A stretch of 64,000 bases of DNA. Origin: an uncultured Planctomycetales bacterium. GTDB lineage: Bacteria > Omnitrophota > Gorgyraeia > Gygaellales > Profunditerraquicolaceae. The notes beneath the pieces are model-generated. The model saw nothing but the letters and a program-made list of their open reading frames with translations. It made no database searches and had not been told where the DNA came from. A program made the translations under genes and the position numbers. This document shows positions 7,458 through 17,681 of this stretch, piece after piece (position 1 is the stretch's first letter; each line of letters begins with the position of its first letter). The DNA is taken from the NCBI GenBank assembly GCA_964545575.1, contig CAZJFL010000001.1, positions 69,878 to 133,877 of the forward strand, in the 5' to 3' direction.

Positions 7458-8726
7458 CTATCCTATCCTCTCTTGGCCGTCAAGATATGCCTTTAAAACC
7501 TCAGGGACAATAACTGATCCGTCTTTCTGCTGATAATTTTCTAAGATAGCTACCAGGGTGCGCGCCAAAGCCACTCCGGAGCCGTTTAAAGTGTGCACAA
7601 AATCTAATTTTTTAGTATCTTTTCTTCTGAACTTTATATTTGCCCTGCGGGCCTGAAAACTTTCAAAATTACTGCAGCTGGAAACCTCCAGCCACTTATC
7701 TATTCCCGGGGCATAGGCCTCTAAATCATAACATTTGCTCGCGGCAAAACTTAAATCTTGCGTCGGCAAAACCGCTACCCTGTATGGAAGGCCAAGAAGT
7801 TGCAGTACCTCTTCGGCATCTGCGACCAGTTTTTCCAATTCGTCATATGAACTTTCCGGTTTCACAAACTTGACCAGTTCTACCTTATCAAACTGGTGCA
7901 CCCTGATCAGGCCTTTGGTGTCTTTGCCGTAGGAACCTGCTTCCCGGCGGAAGCAGGCGGTATAGGCGGTATAATAAACCGGCAACTTATCTTCATCCAG
8001 TATCTCATCGCGGAATATATTGGTTAGCGGGACTTCGGCGGTAGGAATAAGAAACAGATCATCATCTTTTAAGCGGTACATGTCTTCTTCCAGTTTCGGG
8101 AGCTGGCCGGTTCCGGTCATCGAGGCGCGGTTGACTAAAAACGGCGGGGATACCTCGGTGTAACCGTGTTTTTTGATATGTAAATCCAGCATAAAATTAA
8201 TCAGCGCCCGCTCCAGCCTGGCGCCCCAGCCTTTATAAAGTATGAAGTTTGAGCCGCTAATCTTTGCCGCCCGGTTAAAATCGATGATATCCAGATGCTG
8301 GCTGATTTCTATGTGGGTAGCCGGTTTAAAATCGATTCTTTTAGGTTCGCCCCAGGAACGCACTATTTCTTTCTTTGTCGGGTCTCCGACAGGAACAGAT
8401 GCGTGCGCTATATTCGGGATAACTAAAAGCAGCTCGGACAGCTGGATATCCAGCTTTTTGACTTCGTCTTCCAGCTTACCGATCTCCTGCGAAACCTTCT
8501 TCATGGAAAATATTTTATCCTTGGCGTCTTTCTTAGCCTTTAACAAAGCGCTGATCTCATCATTGGCTTTGTTTTGCCTGGCGCGGTAATCTTCTAATTC
8601 GGAAAGGCTCCTGCGGCGCAGATCGTCTAATTTAAGCAAGCTATCCAGGTCCAGCTTTAAATTGCGATTCTCCAAAGACTGCCTTACCAGATCCGCGTTT
8701 TCTCGGATAAACTTTAGGTCTAACAT
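7458..8726 (-). CDS. serS: Serine--tRNA ligase
   Basis: [47 protein letters not shown]. Confidence 0.98.
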   Translation of the reverse strand: MLDLKFIRENADLVRQSLENRNLKLDLDSLLKLDDLRRRSLSELEDYRARQNKANDEISALLKAKKDAKDKIFSMKKVSQEIGKLEDEVKKLDIQLSELLLVIPNIAHASVPVGDPTKKEIVRSWGEPKRIDFKPATHIEISQHLDIIDFNRAAKISGSNFILYKGWGARLERALINFMLDLHIKKHGYTEVSPPFLVNRASMTGTGQLPKLEEDMYRLKDDDLFLIPTAEVPLTNIFRDEILDEDKLPVYYTAYTACFRREAGSYGKDTKGLIRVHQFDKVELVKFVKPESSYDELEKLVADAEEVLQLLGLPYRVAVLPTQDLSFAASKCYDLEAYAPGIDKWLEVSSCSNFESFQARRANIKFRRKDTKKLDFVHTLNGSGVALARTLVAILENYQQKDGSVIVPEVLKAYLDGQERIG

Positions 8727-8752
8727 AGTTACCTCTCTTTAGCTGTCTTCTG

Positions 8753-10213
8753 CTATCCCTTAATAACGCACAATGGCCGCATACGACAGACGCGTTTGGA
8801 GATTCCTGCGCGATGCACCACATCTACTACGTCGTTAACATCCTTGTAGGCCTGGGGTGCTTCTTCTACGAGTGTTCCTCTACCTGAGGCCTTAACCATT
8901 ATACCCTTGGATTCCAATTCTTTCAATAAGGTAGCTTCATTTATCGACCTGCTTGCGGCGGTGCGGGATTTTAACCTGCCTGCGCCATGGCAGGTCGAAC
9001 CGAAAGTTTCTTCCATGGCTTTTTGGGTACCCACTAAGAGATAAGAATTTCTCCCCATATCTCCGGGTATAATCACCGGCTGGCCTATTTTTTTATACCT
9101 TTCAGGCAACGCCGGATGCCCCGGGCCAAAAGCGCGGGTGGCGCCTTTACGGTGGACGCAGAGCATTTTTTCTTTTCCTTCAATAGTATATTTTTCGATC
9201 TTGGCGATATTGTGCGCGACGTCGTAAATCAAGAACATCCCTAATTTCTGCCAAGAGATAGCGAATATTTTTTCAAAAACCTTACGGGTAAGATGCATTA
9301 AACACTGCCGGTTTGCCCAGGCATAGTTTGCCGCGCACTTCATCGCTCCCAGATACGCCTTACCTTCGGCAGAATTAACCGGTGCGCAGGCCAGCTGCCT
9401 GTCCGGGACATTGATCTGGTATTTCTCGAGGCAATGTACCATATCTCTGGTATAGTCCTCGCAAATCTGATAGCCCAATCCCCGTGAGCCGGAATGAATC
9501 ATCAGCGTAATCTGCCCAAGATTTAAACCTAATTCATCAGTTATATCCCTATCGTATAATTGATCGATGGCCTGCACTTCCAGGAAGTGATTCCCTGAAC
9601 CTAAGGTGCCGGACTGGGCCTTACCTCTTTCGTAAGCCCGCTGGGAGACCGTATCCGGATCAGCCCCCTGGATGGCGCCGTTCTCTTCAGTGCATTCCAG
9701 GTCATCTTCCGTGCCGTAGCCTTTTTCTACCGCCCACTTTGAACCTTTAAGTAAAATCTCCTTTTCTTCTCTGGCGCTTACCCTGATATCGCCTTTAGAG
9801 CCAACTCCTGCAGGAATATCATTAAATAAAGCGTAAACCAGGTCTTTTATTTTATCTTTTATATCTTCAAATTGAAGGTTGGTTTTAAGCATGCGCACGC
9901 CGCAATTTATGTCAAAACCGACCCCTCCGGGAGAAATTACGCCTCCGTTTTCGATATCGGTCGCCGCCACCCCTCCAATGGGAAAACCATAGCCCCAGTG
10001 GATATCGGGCATAGCCATTGATGCATTTACTATGCCGGGCAAAAACGCCACGTTAGCTACCTGCTCCGCTGCCTTATCCTGCCTGATATCTTTCAATAAT
10101 TTTTCATCGGCATAGATAATCCCGGGCACGCGCATCCCCCTTTTATAGCTTTTAGGTATCCGCCAGCGGAAATCGTCAATTTTCTCTAAAGGTACGGCCG
10201 GGTTTTCAGACAT
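8753..10213 (-). CDS. rtcB: RNA-splicing/repair ligase RtcB (archaeal-like)
   Basis: MPDIHWGYGFPIG, GFDINCG, GTLGSGNHF, HSGSRG, HRKGATR, HGAGR, EEAPQAYK. Confidence 0.97.
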   Translation of the reverse strand: MSENPAVPLEKIDDFRWRIPKSYKRGMRVPGIIYADEKLLKDIRQDKAAEQVANVAFLPGIVNASMAMPDIHWGYGFPIGGVAATDIENGGVISPGGVGFDINCGVRMLKTNLQFEDIKDKIKDLVYALFNDIPAGVGSKGDIRVSAREEKEILLKGSKWAVEKGYGTEDDLECTEENGAIQGADPDTVSQRAYERGKAQSGTLGSGNHFLEVQAIDQLYDRDITDELGLNLGQITLMIHSGSRGLGYQICEDYTRDMVHCLEKYQINVPDRQLACAPVNSAEGKAYLGAMKCAANYAWANRQCLMHLTRKVFEKIFAISWQKLGMFLIYDVAHNIAKIEKYTIEGKEKMLCVHRKGATRAFGPGHPALPERYKKIGQPVIIPGDMGRNSYLLVGTQKAMEETFGSTCHGAGRLKSRTAASRSINEATLLKELESKGIMVKASGRGTLVEEAPQAYKDVNDVVDVVHRAGISKRVCRMRPLCVIKG

Positions 10214-10622
10214 CCAAAATCACCTCTGCCTGCCAGCCGCCTGCCTTCTTTGCGATTTTTAATTGATGGTAAGTGGCGGCTTTTATCTCGGTGTTGACTT
10301 TATAGTTATTGATATTGCTTGCCACGGCAACTGCCTCCAGGCGCTTCTGGTTTATTTTTTTTATGCGTAAATCCTCAAAAATCAGGCCCTTAGCCGAAGA
10401 TAAAGATATTAATTCATTCAGCCAGTTAATCAGGAGCTCCTCTAGATTATCCGCTTCCTGGACTATCGCCAAATTATGCGGCTTTGTATTTTTAATTTTC
10501 TTTTTCTCTGCGATGATCTGGAATATGGCGAGGCCGGCGTTCCTGAACAGGTCTTTTAAAGAACCGCCTTTTACCCTGATGCCTATATCTGCGGTATGGT
10601 CGATAAGTTCGTATTTAACCAC
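10206..10622 (-). CDS. Archease
   Basis: DHTADIG, EIKAATYH, C-terminal ILDV; overlaps rtcB start. Confidence 0.95.
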   Translation of the reverse strand: MVKYELIDHTADIGIRVKGGSLKDLFRNAGLAIFQIIAEKKKIKNTKPHNLAIVQEADNLEELLINWLNELISLSSAKGLIFEDLRIKKINQKRLEAVAVASNINNYKVNTEIKAATYHQLKIAKKAGGWQAEVILDV

Positions 10623-10637
10623 GCAGTTATAATTTTA

Positions 10638-10713
10638 TGGTGGGCCATGCGGGAGTCGAACCTGCGACCTTGACATTAAGAGTGTCCTGCTCTACCAATT
10701 GAGCTAATGGCCC
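10638..10713 (-). tRNA. tRNA-Lys(CTT), CCA encoded
   Basis: GGGCCATTAGCTCAATTGGTAGAGCA-GGACA-CTCTTAA-TGTCA...GGTTCGACTCC...ATGGCCCACCA. Confidence 0.95.
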
Positions 10714-10734
10714 GGATTTGATTTTAGATTTATT

Positions 10735-10763
10735 ATTTTACCCTAAAACAGGATGCTTTGCAA
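10735..10763 (-). promoter_or_regulatory. Putative sigma70 promoter for tRNA-Lys/archease/rtcB
   Basis: TTGCAA-N17-TAAAAT. Confidence 0.5.
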
Positions 10764-10776
10764 GATAAGGATTTAG

Positions 10777-10850
10777 TGCGCCTGGCAGGAATTGAACCTG
10801 CAACGCCTAGCTCCGAAGGCTAGCGCTCTATCCAATTGAGCTACAGGCGC
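10777..10850 (-). tRNA. tRNA-Arg(TCG), CCA not encoded
   Basis: GCGCCTGTAGCTCAATTGGATAGAGC-G-CTAGC-CTTCGGA-GCTAG...GGTTCAATTCC...CAGGCGCA. Confidence 0.93.
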
Positions 10851-10851
10851 A

Positions 10852-11571
10852 TTACAGAATCTCGCACTTATCTCCGATGATTTCCTTGATTTTTTGAAGT
10901 TTACTCTTACCTACCGGCAAGATACCGGGTTCGCTGGTAGCGCGTACGGGGGAGTTCAACTGTACTTTATCCGGGTTTATTTTATCTATGGCTTCTTTTA
11001 ATTTTCTGATCTCGGGCAGGACGTCATTTACGCCTTTTACCAGCATCACCTCCAGCCAAATCTGGCCTGCAAACTCTTTTCTTAAGGCTATCAGGCCGTC
11101 TATGATATTCTTTATTTTTATGCCGCTTAAAGGCCGGTCTATTTTTTCAAATACTTCTTGAGTTGCTGCATCCAAAGAGGGGACTATTAAACCTGCACCT
11201 GATAATTCCTGCCTGACCCCGGGCGCCCCCAACAATGAAGAGTTAGTCAATACCGCTACGGGAAGAGAAGTAATTTTTTTTATCTCCGTAATTAACCTGC
11301 CTATCTTATCATGTAAAAGCGGCTCGCCCGAACCGGATAGGGTAACATAATTTAACCTGCTTGCTTCCGAAGGGTTGTTTAGAAGCCATAGCTTAAATTC
11401 AGCCAGGATCTCCTCGGGCGGAATATACTCTTTACGTTCGCCGGTCTTATCGCTGGTCTTGCCCAGCTGACAGTAAATACAGTCGAAATTGCAGGCCTTT
11501 GAGGGAGTGAGGGTCATCCCTAAAGAAAACCCCAGCCTCCGTGAATTTACCGGACCGTACAGGTATAGCAT
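10852..11571 (-). CDS. Radical SAM Fe-S oxidoreductase (COG0731/Tyw1-like)
   Basis: YGPVNSRRLGFSLG, CNFDCIYCQLG, SGSGEP. Confidence 0.85.
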   Translation of the reverse strand: MLYLYGPVNSRRLGFSLGMTLTPSKACNFDCIYCQLGKTSDKTGERKEYIPPEEILAEFKLWLLNNPSEASRLNYVTLSGSGEPLLHDKIGRLITEIKKITSLPVAVLTNSSLLGAPGVRQELSGAGLIVPSLDAATQEVFEKIDRPLSGIKIKNIIDGLIALRKEFAGQIWLEVMLVKGVNDVLPEIRKLKEAIDKINPDKVQLNSPVRATSEPGILPVGKSKLQKIKEIIGDKCEIL

Positions 11572-11644
11572 AGCTTATGACATAATAAACCCCCACCCTT
11601 GTAAAATTAGATTTAAAATCAATTCACAAAAGTGGGGGCAATAT

Positions 11645-11920
11645 CTATTTTACTTCTATCACGCAGTTTTGCGAACCAAAGGCGTTGGAAACGTAGCCCG
11701 AACAACGGGGGTCGTTAACCCAGCTGCCGTCAACAAAGAACTTATACTCATGCCTGCCGGGCCTCAAGCTTGTTTTTACTATCCAATTCCCGCGGGAATC
11801 TTTCTTAGCGGATAGATTCCTGGTGTCCCAGTTATTGAAACTGCCTGCCAGATACACTCTTTTAGCCTGCGGAGCATAAAGTTTAAACTCCGTTGCTTTT
11901 GCCTTCATTATACCTGCCAT
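11645..11920 (-). CDS. Glycogen-binding CBM48 / isoamylase early-set domain protein
   Basis: APQAKRVYLAGSFNNW, GRHEYKFFVDGSWVNDP. Confidence 0.85.
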   Translation of the reverse strand: MAGIMKAKATEFKLYAPQAKRVYLAGSFNNWDTRNLSAKKDSRGNWIVKTSLRPGRHEYKFFVDGSWVNDPRCSGYVSNAFGSQNCVIEVK

Positions 11921-11975
11921 ACCGGCCTCCTTTGTTCTATTTTCCCCTCTAAAACTTTATCTAAAACAGGGCTGA

Positions 11976-12407
11976 TTACCTGGTGGTCACCGCAGCAGCT
12001 GGTGCGGCATTGAAATACTTGCTCAACAAGCTCCAGGTCTTACGGCCTACTTTCCCATCGGCTTTCAGGTCGCTGGCCTTCTGGAACTCTTCGATTGCCT
12101 TCTTGGTCTTAGGGCCCATTTTTCCGTCAAGCGAACCTTTATAATAACCGGCATTTTTTAAAGCGGTCTGTATCTCTTTAATCGTAGGGGTAATAGGCGC
12201 TACTTTTGGTTCGGCTACCACGGCCGGTTGCACTACCTGGGGCTTAACCGGTTCAGGAGTTGCCGCGGTCATATTAACATTCAGCGCATTCATCGCCTCA
12301 ATAGACATGGCTTCCTGGGCCTCTTGGGGCGTAACGTTCTTCTTGCCGCAACCTAACATATAAACGCTAAACAGAACCGCTAAAATTATAAATACATATT
12401 TTCTCAT
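11976..12407 (-). CDS. Lipoprotein with peptidoglycan-binding domain
   Basis: Lipobox MLGC; IQTALKNAGYYKGSLDGKMGPKT...ADGKVGRKTW; start reassigned to MRKYVF. Confidence 0.85.
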   Translation of the reverse strand: MRKYVFIILAVLFSVYMLGCGKKNVTPQEAQEAMSIEAMNALNVNMTAATPEPVKPQVVQPAVVAEPKVAPITPTIKEIQTALKNAGYYKGSLDGKMGPKTKKAIEEFQKASDLKADGKVGRKTWSLLSKYFNAAPAAAVTTR

Positions 12408-12571
12408 CTTCCTCTTCCTTTCTTTTAAGTATAAAATAATTTTATTTTTTAGCCCGTCTCTTTTATTATCCTTATCTTCACCTCCTAAAAAGGCGCACAA
12501 AGAGAACCTTAACTATGGTAAAGCTTATTTTAATACTAATTTAGGAAAAAGCAACAAAACATTTAAACTGA

Positions 12572-13024
12572 TCATTTAGCATGCATAGAGATTATCTTTA
12601 AAACCTCTTTTCCGTCCTTTGCTTTCTTCAGTTTCTCGACGATAAACTTATCTTTTACCAGGCGGGATATCTCGGCCAATATCTTAAGGTGACCGCCCAC
12701 CTCCTCTTCCGGAGAGGCAAGGGCGAAAAATAGGTGCGTTTTTTCTCCGTCCAATGCCCCAAAGTCTATGCCGCCTTCGGCCCTGGCAAAAACCAGGATA
12801 AAACCGCCCACTGCTTTTGATTTGGCGTGAGGTATGGCGACACCCCCGCCGATACCGGTAGAACCGAGGCGCTCGCGTTCCATGACGGTTTTAAAAAAAG
12901 TCTTTTTATTTTTTAACTTTTTGGAGGTGGCGATAAGCTCGACTAAATTATAGATGATTTCATGCTTATCTTTCCCCTCTAACTCCAAATCAATAAACTT
13001 CTCTTTGAGTAAATCGGTTAACAT
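12572..13024 (-). CDS. ptsN: PTS EIIA (Fru/Ntr family)
   Basis: ERERLGSTGIGGGVAIPH, DFGALDG, HLKILA. Confidence 0.85.
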   Translation of the reverse strand: MLTDLLKEKFIDLELEGKDKHEIIYNLVELIATSKKLKNKKTFFKTVMERERLGSTGIGGGVAIPHAKSKAVGGFILVFARAEGGIDFGALDGEKTHLFFALASPEEEVGGHLKILAEISRLVKDKFIVEKLKKAKDGKEVLKIISMHAK

Positions 13025-13066
13025 TATATCTTTCTGTTTTCTGCCGCCCATTTTATTAAATCCCTC

Positions 13067-14263
13067 CTAGATATTCCTTATCTCTGGATACAATATATTG
13101 ATTACCAAAAAAGAAACCGCGCAGATTGATCCGCTTAGAGTAACGGTGAAAGTTACTCCCCAGCCTTGCGATAAAACACCGGCGAGAAGATTGCCGAAAG
13201 GCATAGCTCCGGCAAAGGTAAACATATACGCGCTCATTACCCGGCCCCTGAAATTATCCGGTACCAGCTCCTGTAACGAAATATTAATCAGGCTGGTCGC
13301 CGTAACCGAAGACCAGCCTATTAACGCCAGGGCAAGAAGCGAAGAAAAATAAACTTTCGATAAAGCAAAAAGTACCAGCGAAATAGAAAATACGGCCAAA
13401 GAAAAAGCCAGGAATCTTCCTTTATTTTCAAGCTTACTGAAACGTGCCAGAGACAACGCTGCCACTAAAGCGCCTAATCCCGCCGCCGACATCAGCGCCC
13501 CCAGGCCCCTGGCTCCGACTCTAAGTATATCGTTAGCAAATATCGGCATCAGTATAACGTAGGAGATACCGAATAAACTGGTAATACCGACGGTAGTAAT
13601 CAATAAAAGGATGATGCGGTGATTCCTGATAAAGCGCAAACCCTCCAGCAGATCTTTGCTAAAGGCAGCTTTACTCTCTTTTTTAAATCCGGGAGTGATT
13701 TTAATAAAGGTAAGCGCTGCGATTACGGCGAGAAAACTTATTCCGTTTATATAGAAACAACCGCTCATACCGATAATAGCAATCAATACACCCGCCAGCG
13801 CCGGGCCGATGAGGCGGCTGGAATTAAAAGCTGCGGAGTTTAAGGCAACGGCATTAAGGAGATGCTCTCTACCGACCAATTCCGCCACTATCGCCTGCCT
13901 CGCCGGGCCATCAAAAGCCATCACTGTACCGTTTAATAACGCAATAAACATAACCTGCCAGGGGGTAATCAGCTTTAGTTGTGTCAGGACCGCTAAAATA
14001 AAAGCCAGCGCCATAAAAGCGTTTTGCGTAAATAAAAGGATGGACCTCTTATTAATCCTGTCGGCAGCCACTCCGCCGAATAAGGATAAAAGAAACATCG
14101 GTATCGAACCCAGGAATCCTGCCAGCCCCAGGAGAAATGCAGACTTGGTCAAATCGAACATCAGCCAGCTCTGGGCTACGATCTGGATCCAGCTACCGAC
14201 GAGCGAAACGAGCATCCCTACCCAGTAAATCCGGAAATTTCTTATTTTTAAAGAAGAGAACAT
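13067..14263 (-). CDS. MFS transporter (MFS_3/EntS-like)
   Basis: About 12 TM; GGVAADRINKR, RGRVMS motifs. Confidence 0.9.
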   Translation of the reverse strand: MFSSLKIRNFRIYWVGMLVSLVGSWIQIVAQSWLMFDLTKSAFLLGLAGFLGSIPMFLLSLFGGVAADRINKRSILLFTQNAFMALAFILAVLTQLKLITPWQVMFIALLNGTVMAFDGPARQAIVAELVGREHLLNAVALNSAAFNSSRLIGPALAGVLIAIIGMSGCFYINGISFLAVIAALTFIKITPGFKKESKAAFSKDLLEGLRFIRNHRIILLLITTVGITSLFGISYVILMPIFANDILRVGARGLGALMSAAGLGALVAALSLARFSKLENKGRFLAFSLAVFSISLVLFALSKVYFSSLLALALIGWSSVTATSLINISLQELVPDNFRGRVMSAYMFTFAGAMPFGNLLAGVLSQGWGVTFTVTLSGSICAVSFLVINILYPEIRNI

Positions 14264-14264
14264 C

Positions 14265-14741
14265 TCAAATCGCGGTTGATAAAATATTTTTATCGATAAA
14301 TGCGCTGATTTTTCCGGCGATTTCTTCTTTCTTTTTTTCTAATGCCCCGCTTAAGCCCTCGCCAAAAGAAGTATCCCCGACCTGTATGCCGGCTACATAG
14401 ATCCTGGCCTTCAGGTTAAAATTTTTAGAAAACTCAAAAATATCTTTCAGGCTAAGCTCATGGGTGGACATGGCCGGGTTTTTAAGATTATACTCTGCAT
14501 CTTTTAATTCAAATATCTTAAGTTCGCCGGGGGATAAACCTGCGTTTACGCCGTCGATAAGAAGGACGCTATCATAATCCTGCATCCGATGCGCCAGATC
14601 AAAGCTGGCTATCCCGAAATCAAGATAAGCTACTCCTTCTCTCTGATAAAATTTAAGGAGAGATTCTAGAATTATTATTCCGATTCCGTCGTCTCTCCTT
14701 AAGGTATTACCTATGCCGATGATAGCTACTTTTTTAGACAA
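14265..14741 (-). CDS. Hydrogenase maturation protease
   Basis: GIGNTLRRDDGIG, STHE. Confidence 0.92.
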   Translation of the reverse strand: MSKKVAIIGIGNTLRRDDGIGIIILESLLKFYQREGVAYLDFGIASFDLAHRMQDYDSVLLIDGVNAGLSPGELKIFELKDAEYNLKNPAMSTHELSLKDIFEFSKNFNLKARIYVAGIQVGDTSFGEGLSGALEKKKEEIAGKISAFIDKNILSTAI

Positions 14742-16086
14742 ATTTTACATCCAATATGTGGGTGGCGCAGGATATGCAGGGGTCATAGGCCCTGGCAAGC
14801 ATCTCTAAATCGAGGGTAATCTCCTCTTTAGTCTTTTTACCGAGTAGTTCGGGAACGATTTTACGCATATCTGCCTCTAGATTCCCCATATTTTGATTTG
14901 TAGGTATCGCACAATTTGCCTTGGTAATATGCCCTGTCTCGTCTATGGAATACTCATGAAACAAGCTGCCCCGCGGGACTTCCACGCAACCGATCCCTGC
15001 GCCAGGCGCATATTTAATTTTATTCATTTCACTTCTTTTCGGCCAGGAGGAAACCACCACTTTGTCTGTATTGAGGCCGTCTTTTAGGATCTTCTCCATT
15101 ATTTTAATCGACTCCTCCAGGCAATGCACCCATTCTACCAGCTGGGCCACGGTATTAAGGTAAGGATTGTGGCACGGCGCATTAAGCCCCAGTTCCTTAG
15201 CCACTGACTTTGCTTGCTTATTGAGCTGGGCGGAATTATTATTAAACCTGGAAAGCGCGCCCACGGCATAAGGCTTGCCGTTGATAGCGGCTATTTTTGC
15301 CCGCGAATAATCTACCACTGTCTCGGTAAAAAGCTTTTTATAATCACTGACTTTTGTTTTTTGCCCGCCGCTTACTACCAGGTCTCCCTCATACATCGCA
15401 TATTCATCATCGCAAGACAACGACATATACTGCGTCGGCCTCTGGAACTCCGGGAACTTAAGTCTCTTAAATATTTTGACCGTTTCTTCCCCGTCTTTAC
15501 GCGCTGCCAGCATCAATTTATATAATTCTTCCAACCCGTCCTTCGACGGCAGCTGCGTCAGCCCTCCGATAACATAGCTGATAGGATGGATATGGCGTCC
15601 GGCAAGGACCTCTCCGGCATAATCGCTCATTTTTTTCATCCGTAAGGCCATCTCAATCACCGGACGGTGCGTTTTAACTAAGGGCATAATGCTTTTTACG
15701 CCTAGTAGATCGGGTGCGACCAGGATATAAATATGCAGGATGTGGCTATCCATCTGCTCGGTATACAAAAGCAGTTTGCGTAGCATCACCGTTTCGCTGG
15801 AAGGCGCTACACCCAGAGCATCTTCGCCGGCTTTGATGCTGGCTAAACTGTGTCCGCAGGCGCAGATGCCGCAGATACGGCTGGTCAGATGCTGGGCTTC
15901 CCAGATTGACCGGCCCACCAGCATAGATTCAAAGAAACGCGGGGATTCGATGACCTGAAATTCGCATTTAGTGAGCTTCCCTTCTTTTACATCCACCACT
16001 ATATTACCGTGCCCTTCCACCCTGGTCAGGTAACGGACGTCTACTTTGACATTCTTGGAATCTATTTTATTTGAACTCCTGGCCAT
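14734..16086 (-). CDS. hydA: Group 3b [NiFe]-hydrogenase large (alpha) subunit
   Basis: TRVEGHG, RICGIC (L1), EVPRG, DPCISCATH (L2) with short C-terminal extension. Confidence 0.93.
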   Translation of the reverse strand: MARSSNKIDSKNVKVDVRYLTRVEGHGNIVVDVKEGKLTKCEFQVIESPRFFESMLVGRSIWEAQHLTSRICGICACGHSLASIKAGEDALGVAPSSETVMLRKLLLYTEQMDSHILHIYILVAPDLLGVKSIMPLVKTHRPVIEMALRMKKMSDYAGEVLAGRHIHPISYVIGGLTQLPSKDGLEELYKLMLAARKDGEETVKIFKRLKFPEFQRPTQYMSLSCDDEYAMYEGDLVVSGGQKTKVSDYKKLFTETVVDYSRAKIAAINGKPYAVGALSRFNNNSAQLNKQAKSVAKELGLNAPCHNPYLNTVAQLVEWVHCLEESIKIMEKILKDGLNTDKVVVSSWPKRSEMNKIKYAPGAGIGCVEVPRGSLFHEYSIDETGHITKANCAIPTNQNMGNLEADMRKIVPELLGKKTKEEITLDLEMLARAYDPCISCATHILDVKFV

Positions 16087-16831
16087 ACTTTTCTCCCAGC
16101 GAATCGTTGTAGAGAGTAAAATTTTGCAGTATCTCTTCCAATTTCAGGCCGTATTTTACTAAAATATCCTTGGCTGCATCTACAGCCGGATTTTCCACCA
16201 ACCCCCGGCAGCCATAACACCTGTTCCCGTTATTCACGCACCAGGAATTACACCCGGCCCTGGTTACCGGGCCCATACATTCCTGGTCTTTTTCGTAGCG
16301 GCAGACATTTTCGTTCATCTTGCATTCCTGACAGACCGCATAATTAGGCACTACGTAAGGCTTGCCCATCAAAATACATTTAATCACAGTAATGACCTCC
16401 GGTATATATACCGGACAGCCGTGGATAAAATAATCTACTTTAACTATTCTGTGCACCGGCATCGCCACAATAGTATTTATTGTATCTTGCCTGGGGCCAT
16501 AGACTCTTTGTTTCGCCACATCTAAAGAGGTGCGATTTTTAACTCCGTTTACCCCGCCGATTGTAGCGCAAGAGCCAAGGGCAACCATTATCTTTGCCTT
16601 TTCCCTGATTTTCTTTATCCGCATTACGTCATGATCGGTAGTAATGGCCCCCTCGATAAAGGCTATATCATAGTCCTCGCCCGCTTCAGACATGATCTCT
16701 CGGAAACTTACGATATCTACGAGCTTGGCAATCTCAAGCAGGGTCAAACCCATATTCGCAAACTGCAGCTGGCAGCCCTCGCAATCCGTGAAATCAAAAA
16801 AAGCGACCTTTGGTTTAGGCTGCTTTTTCAT
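16067..16831 (-). CDS. hydD: Group 3b hydrogenase small (delta) subunit
   Basis: DCEGC, GSCATIGG, GCP, Cys-rich C-terminus. Confidence 0.9.
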   Translation of the reverse strand: MKKQPKPKVAFFDFTDCEGCQLQFANMGLTLLEIAKLVDIVSFREIMSEAGEDYDIAFIEGAITTDHDVMRIKKIREKAKIMVALGSCATIGGVNGVKNRTSLDVAKQRVYGPRQDTINTIVAMPVHRIVKVDYFIHGCPVYIPEVITVIKCILMGKPYVVPNYAVCQECKMNENVCRYEKDQECMGPVTRAGCNSWCVNNGNRCYGCRGLVENPAVDAAKDILVKYGLKLEEILQNFTLYNDSLGEKYGQEFK

Positions 16832-17681
16832 GGCATTCTCCTTTAAAATTCTTTAACTGGCTGTAGTCAAATACCGGCCCGGACTGGCAAATATAAAGTC
16901 CTTCAACCTGACAATGGCCGCATTTACCTAAACCACAGCGCATCCTTCTTTCCAGCGACACAATGATCTGGTGCTCGGGAATATTTTTATTCAGTAACTC
17001 GCGAATAACAAATCTATACATTATCGGAGGGCCGACCACTACCCCGTAAGTCCTAGCCGGAAAAATATCTACGCCCGGGATTAAGGTGGTAATCAGCCCG
17101 ACGTTGCCCTTCCATTCAGGATCAGCCTTATCTACGGTGCAGTTTAATTTGATTTCCGCCCGTTTCATCCATTCCTTGGTTTCTTCCTGAAATAAAAATT
17201 CCTTAGGCGTTTTGCAACCGATGAGTATTTGCACGTGGCCAAAATCATTTTTATTATAGGTGACATATCTGATCAGCGAGCGTAGCGGCACTATCCCCAG
17301 GCCCCCGGCAACGATAACCAGATCATAGCCGAACATCCGGTCTACGGGGAAACCTTTGCCAAACGGCCCGCGGATGCCGACGATGTCGCCCCGGCCTAAC
17401 TTATGCAATTTATCGGTGAAAACTCCCACATTCCTTACCGTAAGGTCAAAATAACCTTTGTCCGTAGGCGAAGAACAGATAGATATCGGGGCTTCTGCGT
17501 AGCCGAATATGGAGACCATCACAAACTGCCCCGGCTCATGGCCAAGATTGATTTTTCCTTCCAGTTCAATGCGGAAGAACTTTTCTTTCTCGGTAAGCAT
17601 CCTTGACTCCATGATCTTGCCTCTCATCGGCTTATAAGGAGAGGTCTTCATTTTTTCCAGGAGTATTTCTCGGTCAATCAT
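16815..17681 (-). CDS. hydG: Group 3b hydrogenase gamma subunit (FAD/NAD(P), 2Fe-2S)
   Basis: GGLGIVPLRS, MRCGLGKCGHC...CQSGPVF. Confidence 0.9.
   Translation of the reverse strand: MIDREILLEKMKTSPYKPMRGKIMESRMLTEKEKFFRIELEGKINLGHEPGQFVMVSIFGYAEAPISICSSPTDKGYFDLTVRNVGVFTDKLHKLGRGDIVGIRGPFGKGFPVDRMFGYDLVIVAGGLGIVPLRSLIRYVTYNKNDFGHVQILIGCKTPKEFLFQEETKEWMKRAEIKLNCTVDKADPEWKGNVGLITTLIPGVDIFPARTYGVVVGPPIMYRFVIRELLNKNIPEHQIIVSLERRMRCGLGKCGHCQVEGLYICQSGPVFDYSQLKNFKGECHEKAA

Noticed and set aside
11590-11640. Imperfect inverted repeat ccccac...gtgggg
   Set aside because: Single weak hairpin with a long loop; cannot be assigned to a family or called a terminator.
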